From Candidatus Jordarchaeales archaeon (lineage in GTDB: Archaea; Asgardarchaeota; Jordiarchaeia; Jordiarchaeales; Freyrarchaeaceae): DNA of 14,957 bases. This document shows positions 7,826-14,037 of this stretch, piece after piece. The number at the start of each line of letters is the position of its first letter. Position 1 is the first letter of the stretch. The stretch is from NCBI GenBank assembly GCA_038858525.1, contig JAWCFL010000016.1, positions 1-14,957 on the forward strand, in the 5' to 3' direction. The notes under the pieces were generated by a model. It was given only the letters and a program-made list of their open reading frames with translations. It had not been told where the DNA came from and did no database searches. The position numbers were made by a program, and so were the translations under genes.

Positions 7826-7862
7826 TCAGCCTTCAAAAAGCGCCGATCAGCCTTACAAAAAG
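7826..7862. repeat. Direct repeat TCAGCCTT(A)CAAAAAG x2, 21-bp period
   Basis: 7826-7840 TCAGCCTTCAAAAAG and 7847-7862 TCAGCCTTACAAAAAG. Confidence 0.7.
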
Positions 7863-7893
7863 AAGTTTTCAACCCTTTAACTTTCACATCCTC

Positions 7894-7905
7894 GATATAA
7901 ACCTT
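7894..7905 (-). promoter_or_regulatory. Archaeal BRE/TATA-like promoter AAGGTTTATATC for the HprK-like gene
   Basis: Close match to the TTTATA consensus, about 120 nt upstream of the ORF start, implying a leader of roughly 90-95 nt. Confidence 0.5.
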
Positions 7906-7942
7906 GTCTAAAAATTATAACATAAGGAAGAATGTGGCCGCG

Positions 7943-8758
7943 TCAGGATGTGAATATGCGCTTCGCCGCCGCCTGCACCCGCCTGTTAAGCCGGCTTCTT
8001 GTCGGGAGGCTGTACTCTGGAGCCAGCCACCTTATGACGTCTAAGTAGCTTCTGGATGGCGGCTCTACGGTTTTCAAGTTAGGCGAAACCTTGAGCTCCC
8101 ATGGCACGTCCTTCTTCACATCTTCAACAGACACACCGGGGTAGATAGCGTCAAGATACATTTCCTTTGTTTTTTCGTCGAACCTGAAAATCCCCCTAAG
8201 CGTGACTACAGCTGAGGGCCCTGACCCCGGGGGGAACCCCGCCCTGTACCTCGAGTCGCCCCCCTCGATGTATCCGGGAGTGCTAAAGTAGTCGAGCTTT
8301 TTCACAAAGCGCCCCCCCACAAGCGTTATCACTGTCCTCTTCGCATAGCCTGCAAACTCTGGGGCTCCACCGCACCCGGTAATTCTCGCCTCTTGGTTCG
8401 CGTAGCCCTTAACGACCGTGGAGTTTATGTTGCCATACCTGTCTACTTGAGCTGCTCCCAGAACCGCTAAGTCTACCAGTCCCCGGTTAAGAATGACTGT
8501 GTTCACATCGAAGAGGTCGCAGAAGTAGCTAAACCCTCTAACCGCTGTCGGGTCTCCGACGCTAAAGAGCGCCTTCGTCGGAACTATGTCAACGATGCCC
8601 GCCTCAGTGAGCAGGACGCAGTTAGGTGCATGCGTCAGCTTTGCTGCTAGGCACGCGATCATGGGCAACCCCTGCCCCATCACTACTACTTCGCCATCCC
8701 TAATTTCCCTGGCAATGCAAACCATCATCAGCTCGTGGTAAGTGTAAATTCCACTCAC
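7943..8758 (-). CDS. Family I CoA-transferase beta subunit (GctB-like)
   Basis: AREIRDGEVVVMGQGLP, catalytic Glu in LLTEAG, LGAAQVDRYGNIN, GCGGA, and RFDEKTKEMYLDAIYPGV. GTGA overlap with the alpha-subunit stop. Confidence 0.92.
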   Translation of the reverse strand: MSGIYTYHELMMVCIAREIRDGEVVVMGQGLPMIACLAAKLTHAPNCVLLTEAGIVDIVPTKALFSVGDPTAVRGFSYFCDLFDVNTVILNRGLVDLAVLGAAQVDRYGNINSTVVKGYANQEARITGCGGAPEFAGYAKRTVITLVGGRFVKKLDYFSTPGYIEGGDSRYRAGFPPGSGPSAVVTLRGIFRFDEKTKEMYLDAIYPGVSVEDVKKDVPWELKVSPNLKTVEPPSRSYLDVIRWLAPEYSLPTRSRLNRRVQAAAKRIFTS

Positions 8759-9798
8759 CTGACCACCATCCCCAACTCCCCTAGGAGCGACTCAAACTCG
8801 TCCCAAGTGACGTCAAGAGTGCTGCAGTAACCCCTACTCCAGTAGCTCTCTGAAGGAACCCCAAAGTTCACCGAGTCGCTCATGCGAGTCTTCGCTCTAA
8901 GCCTCTGAAGCGTCCTGAAGCCAAACCTTTCAACGTACTTTTTAATGTACTCTTGCCTTGACTCAACCCCGTAAACCCACTCATCCATGAAGTTCTTCAG
9001 CGTGTTACCGTCCGCATCAGAAATGTAGAATATCCCTCTAAACATCTCGTCTTCTCCATAGTATCCAATGACGGCGTTCGGATGCGCTCCCCACGGTTCC
9101 TCGACTACCGCGTCAACCTTAAACCCTGGAACAACCGTATAATTGGGAGTTCTCTTGATCACGTTGCTGTCAACTATCTCCTCGGCTGAGACGATAACCT
9201 TTTTAGAGGCGAAGCAAACCCACTTGGCGCAGGCTGCGGAGCCCCAAAGCTGAGCGTTACCCTGTTCGTCCACCCTCTGAACGTGAACTATGGCGACGTC
9301 TGGGTTAACGGGAGGAACAACGAGGACTTTCTCTCCCGTGAAGGGGCACTCAACCTCCCCAAATTTTTCTTTCCCTAGGAACGAACGCACCTTGTAAATG
9401 TCCGTCCACTTCACTCCGTTCAGGACTGGCATGAAAGGGTAGCCCATAGCGCCAGCCTTAAACCTCGCGAGAAGAGTGAAGTTAGTGTAATCCTCCACTT
9501 CAACCCTGCCCTCCTTTAAAGCCCTGTCAAGTTCCGTCGGAAGACCGAAAGCTCTATGAGTATAACTCGTAACAACTCGCCTAACACATCCCCCAGCCAG
9601 AAGCAAGTCCACCTCGTCTATAGCGGACAGAAGCCAAAAGGTCAAGTTCCGCTTCTTCTGCCTGATAATCTCATGTATCAAGGCATAAGGTATTGCGTGA
9701 AGGAAATTCCCCGAAGCCAGCTCCTGTCCATCACCAATAAACCGTTTGACAGCTTCGCGTGCATCCATCACCTTATCGTAAACCTCCCCTTCAACCAT
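8755..9798 (-). CDS. Family I CoA-transferase alpha subunit (GctA-like)
   Basis: EAVKRFIGDG, IHEIIRQKKRNL, RFKAGAMGYPF, CPFTGEKVLVVPPVNPDVAIVHVQRVDEQGN, SAEEIV and VDAVVEEPWGAHP. It carries a C-terminal tail of about 30 aa beyond the NFG motif. Confidence 0.93.
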   Translation of the reverse strand: MVEGEVYDKVMDAREAVKRFIGDGQELASGNFLHAIPYALIHEIIRQKKRNLTFWLLSAIDEVDLLLAGGCVRRVVTSYTHRAFGLPTELDRALKEGRVEVEDYTNFTLLARFKAGAMGYPFMPVLNGVKWTDIYKVRSFLGKEKFGEVECPFTGEKVLVVPPVNPDVAIVHVQRVDEQGNAQLWGSAACAKWVCFASKKVIVSAEEIVDSNVIKRTPNYTVVPGFKVDAVVEEPWGAHPNAVIGYYGEDEMFRGIFYISDADGNTLKNFMDEWVYGVESRQEYIKKYVERFGFRTLQRLRAKTRMSDSVNFGVPSESYWSRGYCSTLDVTWDEFESLLGELGMVVR

Positions 9799-9847
9799 CC
9801 GTAAACACCACTCAAAAAATCCTTTAACGAGATAAACCTATAGAAAC

Positions 9848-10234
9848 ATGAAAATACTAAAAAGCTTTTTTACTTCCAGCGCATCCGTCTGGATGGTGGT
9901 TGCTGTTTTGAGCGATTACATCTATGGTCTGTGTTTCGTTGATTCCGTCGAAGTTGAAGCCTTTTCAGCTGGCTCTGTTAGGCTGAAAATTCGAGGAGCG
10001 TGGCCAACTCCGGCTTGGAAATTTGATCATGAAGAACTGGAATTTTCAGGAGGAAGAGTCACAATTAAACTGGTAGGCAAAGTGGGGAAAGGCACCGTTG
10101 CCCCGTCAGTCATGGCCCCCTTCGAGCACGTTGTGGAAGTTAAGGGCCTAGAAGCAACAGAGTACATCATAGAAGTCGCTGAGAGAGGAGGACGCGTAGT
10201 GCAGGTATTCGTTAAGCGTGAGGAGCACGATTAG
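9848..10234 (+). CDS. Small beta-rich hypothetical protein (possible Ig-like/PrcB_C-like fold); start may be ATG 9893
   Basis: Fills the gap between divergent genes with coding-like composition. The G.WPTP.W ... PSV..PFE..V.V.GL....Y.I.V pattern resembles small beta-sandwich domains, judged by eye only. Confidence 0.65.
   Translation: MKILKSFFTSSASVWMVVAVLSDYIYGLCFVDSVEVEAFSAGSVRLKIRGAWPTPAWKFDHEELEFSGGRVTIKLVGKVGKGTVAPSVMAPFEHVVEVKGLEATEYIIEVAERGGRVVQVFVKREEHD
9859..9870. promoter_or_regulatory. Perfect 12-bp palindrome AAAAAGCTTTTT; candidate shared BRE/TATA core for both directions
   Basis: Read directly. It lies 22 nt before ATG 9893 (plus) and 60 nt before the CoA-transferase ATG 9798 (minus). 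Confidence 0.45.
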
Positions 10235-10568
10235 CGCCTAACCTTTACTGGCTTTACAGGTTTTCGTTTCTCCTTTCCAGTTAACATTAGCCTACAAGTG
10301 ATTCCGCCGCCAACAGCAAGAACGGCGTACCGAACGCTGAATTAGTCACCTCTCGCATAAAGCAAGAAGCATAACAACCGTGTCATATCCTCATACAATA
10401 CTTCTTCAGAAATTAAAAGTCCCTTCCCCTCAATTCTAACCTCTTACACGTTTCACAATAAGATTTTCCGCTATTCTAAGGAATGTAACTTAATGCCGCT
10501 TACCAAGCAACCAATATCTTAATATTCCTTTTTCATTATATTACTCTGTTTGGAGAGTGTTGGAAAAA

Positions 10569-10592
10569 GGGTGGGGAACGAGGGAAGGTGGG
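10569..10592 (+). other. Canonical G-quadruplex motif GGG-T-GGGG-AACGA-GGG-AAGGT-GGG upstream of fadD
   Basis: Four G3+ tracts with loops of 1, 5 and 5 nt, read directly. Folding in vivo is not shown. Confidence 0.5.
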
Positions 10593-12336
10593 CATATTGT
10601 CGGAGGTTAAATTGTCCAATACGTTCTACGAGGTTAAAATGTTCTATGACAAAGATAGTCCATGGGTTAAGCCTGAGCGCCCTTGGAGTAAGTGGTATGG
10701 GAAAAATTACCGTATTAAGTGGTATAATCGGCCGGAAGGCGAAGTGGTGAGTATTCCCAGAACAGTGGAGTACCCAGAGATTCCCATACATGTTTTTGGT
10801 CGTGAGGCTGCTGAGAACTTTCCAAATAACGTCGCCATATACTACGTTCCAGAGGAGCGAAAGTACACTTACCGTGAGCTAATGTATTGGAGCGACAGGA
10901 TCGCTGCTGGGTTAAGCGACCTAGGTGTAGGAAAGGGCGACGCTGTTGGCGTCTACATGGCGAATTGCCCCGAGTTCGTCTTCTCCCTTTATGGGATCAC
11001 GCAGACGGGAGCGGCGGTAATCCCGATAAACCCGTTGCTGAAAGCCCCAGACATCGTGCATATAGCTAAGGACAGCGGTATACTTAAGGCTGTGATATGC
11101 ACGTCCGAGATATACCCTGAGGTTGAAAAGGCAAGGGATGAAGTGGGGATTGACGAAGTAATAGTGGTAGGCGAAGCTAAGCAGGGAACGATAAGCTACA
11201 AGGAGTTCGTCGAGAAGTACCCGCCTAAGCCTCCAGACATTGAAATAAAACCTAAAGAGGACCTATGCGCCCTAATGTATACCGGTGGAACCACAGGGCT
11301 ACCTAAAGGCGTAATGCTAACCCACTATAATATCGTTGTAAACGTTCTTCAGTCATACCTTGCAAATACCGGCAACCGTACGGCTGAGGTACTTGGCAAA
11401 GGCGTCATAGCGGCTGTTCTGCCTATGTGCCACGTTTTCGGCTTCACAATGGTTCAGGGCTACATATTTGCCAAGAGCATGATGATAATGTACCGTGGCT
11501 TCGACCCGGAGCTGGTCATGAAACACATAGAGCAGTATAAGTGTACCACTTTCATAGGAATACCGTTAATGTATCACGTAATGATAAACCATCCAAGCTT
11601 TGGAAAGTACGACTTGTCTTCCTTGTCTCTTTCTGTTTCGGGTGCAGACTCGCTGCCAGCCCACCTTTCGGAGAAATGGAAAGAAAAAGTCGGAGAACGC
11701 GTCGGTCAAGGATATGGGCTTTCGGAGGCAAGCCCCGTCACACATAGTCAGCCTGTTTGGCTCCCAAAAATAAGTGACAGCATAGGCATACCTATACTTG
11801 ACACTGATGCGAAAGTAGTAGACCCGGATACAGGAGACGAATTGCCACCGGGGCAAGTCGGTGAGCTGGTCGTCAAAGGACCGCAGGTTATGAAAGGATA
11901 CTGGAAGCAGCCCGAGAAGACCAAGGAGGTTCTCAGCGAGGATGGTTGGCTCAGGACGGGGGACTTGGCGCGAATGGACGAAAACGGCTACTTTTACATC
12001 GTGGGAAGAACTAAGGACATGATAAAGTACAAGGGTTACAAGGTAATGCCTGAGGACGTGGAAAGAGAGCTCTACAAGCACCCCGCAGTTCTCGAGTGCG
12101 CCGTAATAGGCGTGCCAGACCCACAGGTTGGCGAAACAATAAAGGCATTCATCGTCCTACGGCCAGAGTACAGAGGAAAGGTGAGCGAGGAGGACATTAT
12201 AAAGTGGGCTAAGGAAAACATGGCGGGCTACAAGTGGCCGAGAAAAGTTGAGTTCGTGACGCAGATCCCACGCACACCAGTAGGAAAACTCTTCAGAAGA
12301 AAACTCAGAGAACTAGAAGCACAAAAAGCAGGATAG
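10588..12336 (+). CDS. fadD: Long-chain-fatty-acid--CoA ligase (FadD-like ANL adenylating enzyme); true start probably ATG 10639 or TTG 10612
   Basis: YTGGTTGLPKGVMLTH P-loop, GQGYGLSEASP, GELVVKGPQVMKGYW, GWLRTGDLARMDENGYFYIVGRTKDMI and the C-terminal catalytic Lys in TPVGK. Confidence 0.93.
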   Translation: MGILSEVKLSNTFYEVKMFYDKDSPWVKPERPWSKWYGKNYRIKWYNRPEGEVVSIPRTVEYPEIPIHVFGREAAENFPNNVAIYYVPEERKYTYRELMYWSDRIAAGLSDLGVGKGDAVGVYMANCPEFVFSLYGITQTGAAVIPINPLLKAPDIVHIAKDSGILKAVICTSEIYPEVEKARDEVGIDEVIVVGEAKQGTISYKEFVEKYPPKPPDIEIKPKEDLCALMYTGGTTGLPKGVMLTHYNIVVNVLQSYLANTGNRTAEVLGKGVIAAVLPMCHVFGFTMVQGYIFAKSMMIMYRGFDPELVMKHIEQYKCTTFIGIPLMYHVMINHPSFGKYDLSSLSLSVSGADSLPAHLSEKWKEKVGERVGQGYGLSEASPVTHSQPVWLPKISDSIGIPILDTDAKVVDPDTGDELPPGQVGELVVKGPQVMKGYWKQPEKTKEVLSEDGWLRTGDLARMDENGYFYIVGRTKDMIKYKGYKVMPEDVERELYKHPAVLECAVIGVPDPQVGETIKAFIVLRPEYRGKVSEEDIIKWAKENMAGYKWPRKVEFVTQIPRTPVGKLFRRKLRELEAQKAG

Positions 12337-12384
12337 GCAGCTTCACGCCCTAACATTATTTTTCCTCCACTTCAGAGCTGCCTA
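12334..12384 (+). terminator. 9-bp inverted repeat TAGGCAGCT / AGCTGCCTA starting at the fadD stop; T-rich tracts follow
   Basis: Arms at 12334-12342 and 12376-12384 with a 33-nt loop. Terminator role is inferred. Confidence 0.35.
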
Positions 12385-12494
12385 ACTTCTGTTAAATCTA
12401 ATCCTCTAAAATTGTTGCTCAAGTGAATCGTGTCTTTAATTGGAAACTATGCTTTTCGCTTGCGTGTCTTGTTTTTGTTTGTCTCATCAACCTA

Positions 12495-12510
12495 CTTCAG
12501 AGCCCTGAAG
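12495..12510 (-). terminator. Hairpin CTTCAG-GGCT-CTGAAG directly after the CDF double stop TAG TAG
   Basis: Perfect 6-bp stem with a 4-nt loop, read directly. Confidence 0.35.
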
Positions 12511-12513
12511 CTA

Positions 12514-13971
12514 CTACCTTTTTTTGGGGTATGGTTCCACGTCTATTATTATGTTCTCAACTGATGGGAGGTTACGGATGATGTAGTCCTTCAGCTCGGA
12601 GGAAATCTCGTATGCTTCCCCTAGAGGCATAGAGCCGTCCACGTAAATGGTGATATATATGTTTGACTCTCCGTCGTAGTTTTTAACTTCAACTTCGTAT
12701 TTTGGGAACTTCACACTGAATGACTCCACGGCCTCCCTAACTTTTCCGACGAGCTCCTCGCTAACCACGCTTTCACTAGACTTGACAACATCTTCTTCAA
12801 GCGCCTCAAGGTGTACGTTCACTTCCTCCACGTTTGGTATCTCACTCTTCACGATCTCTTCGAACCTGTTTGCGTGCTCACTTGCATCTTCAACGCTAAC
12901 GTCAGATGGAACTTCCAAGTGCACATCGATATGAAGTCTATCGTTAATGCTTCTAACCGTTAATCCATGAATGCTGAACCCCTCCTCTACAGCAAGGTCT
13001 CTTATACGGTCGATCATGCGCCTCGGAGACCTGTGTGGGTCAGTGTCTATCACCACGTCAGCCCCTGGAAGCAGTTTCAGAATCTTTTTCTCCACCTCTG
13101 AAGCAACTCTGCTGGCTCTCGCCAGCGACAGTGAGGGGTCTAGGAGAATAGTCACGTCGACGAAGTATTTGTTACCGGATCGCCTAACCCTAACTCTCTC
13201 ACACTCCCTAACACCCCTAACCGTATAGATCACCTTTTTCAGCTGATCTGCGACGCCCTTTGGAGCCCTGTCAAGCAATACTTCCACAGCACTCCTGCTA
13301 ATCTTCAGGCTTGCACGCATTACAAGTCCTGCGACCACCATCGCTGCAACAGCGTCGCCAAAGCCGATCACTTCCACGCCCCATAACTGAGAGAGACGGG
13401 TGAGCGATAAGCCAATCAGCACTATGGCGGAGGACCATATGTCCGTGGCAAAGTTGAGGGCGCCCGCCTCAAACACTTGGCTCCCATAAATCTCAGCTGT
13501 CCTCGAAAGAAGTCGAGAAAAAACGTAACTCACAACCATGGAAACCACCATAACCAGAAAAGCCCAGACGTTGACCTCCACACTCACATCCTTGAAGAAA
13601 AGGCGCTGGACAGCCTCATAGAAAATCCACACGGAAGTGGACATAAGCAGTAGCGACACGAGAAAAGCTGAAAAGTTCTCCACTTTACCTCTGCCATAAT
13701 GATATTCGTAGTCGGCGGGACGATTTGCAACCCTAACAGTCAAGAAGATCACAAGCATTGCCACTAAGTCCAGTATGGAGTCGAGCGCTCCAGAAATGAG
13801 GCTAAGGCTCTGCGTAAATAATCCTACCCCAAGCTTCATCAGGGTCAGAGACGTGACGGCGACCACAGAAAGAACTGAAACCGTCTTCTGGCTCAGCCTA
13901 GAGAAAAAGTATAAATCACCTTCACCCATCCGCATCCGCCACTTAATTCCAGCAACATCAAATACTTGCAC
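12514..13971 (-). CDS. Cation diffusion facilitator (FieF/YiiP-like) with three tandem C-terminal ZT_dimer domains
   Basis: Six-TM CDF core (SLSLISGALDSILD, YGRGKVE, NFATD) followed by three domains ending VVIDTDP, VNVHLEA and IIIDVEP. The start may be ATG 13935 or 13929. Confidence 0.92.
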   Translation of the reverse strand: MQVFDVAGIKWRMRMGEGDLYFFSRLSQKTVSVLSVVAVTSLTLMKLGVGLFTQSLSLISGALDSILDLVAMLVIFLTVRVANRPADYEYHYGRGKVENFSAFLVSLLLMSTSVWIFYEAVQRLFFKDVSVEVNVWAFLVMVVSMVVSYVFSRLLSRTAEIYGSQVFEAGALNFATDIWSSAIVLIGLSLTRLSQLWGVEVIGFGDAVAAMVVAGLVMRASLKISRSAVEVLLDRAPKGVADQLKKVIYTVRGVRECERVRVRRSGNKYFVDVTILLDPSLSLARASRVASEVEKKILKLLPGADVVIDTDPHRSPRRMIDRIRDLAVEEGFSIHGLTVRSINDRLHIDVHLEVPSDVSVEDASEHANRFEEIVKSEIPNVEEVNVHLEALEEDVVKSSESVVSEELVGKVREAVESFSVKFPKYEVEVKNYDGESNIYITIYVDGSMPLGEAYEISSELKDYIIRNLPSVENIIIDVEPYPKKR

Positions 13972-14023
13972 TTATCATTCTTTAAAAAACTAACCACCAG
14001 AAAACCGCCTTTTTATTTAAGTC

Positions 14024-14037
14024 AAACTAGTTAGTTT
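14024..14037. promoter_or_regulatory. Palindrome AAACTA-GT-TAGTTT just upstream of a TTAAATAA TATA-like box (minus, 14020-14013) for the CDF gene; candidate operator
   Basis: Perfect 6-bp inverted repeat, read directly. Regulatory role is inferred. Confidence 0.35.

Noticed and set aside
10235-10530. About 300 bp of intergenic DNA as a possible ncRNA or gene remnant
   Set aside because: No tRNA cloverleaf or C/D box pair, and only very short ORFs without support. T-rich tracts near 10260 fit ordinary termination.
11566-12081. 171-aa minus ORF inside fadD, plus small ORFs 10519..10791, 10550..10750, 10887..11069 and 11541..11747
   Set aside because: Shadow or alternate-frame ORFs of a conserved ligase and its leader, with no independent evidence.
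12369-12503. 10-bp direct repeat ACTTCAGAGC (12369-12378 and 12494-12503)
   Set aside because: It could be a target-site duplication, but the 115 bp between copies show no terminal inverted repeats or element features, and both copies overlap hairpins already reported.
6793-12516. Pyrrolysine or selenocysteine read-through of TAG/TGA stops
   Set aside because: The extensions I translated past the roadblock and fadD stops are short or non-homologous, the CDF has a tandem TAG TAG, and the proteins end where their families end.
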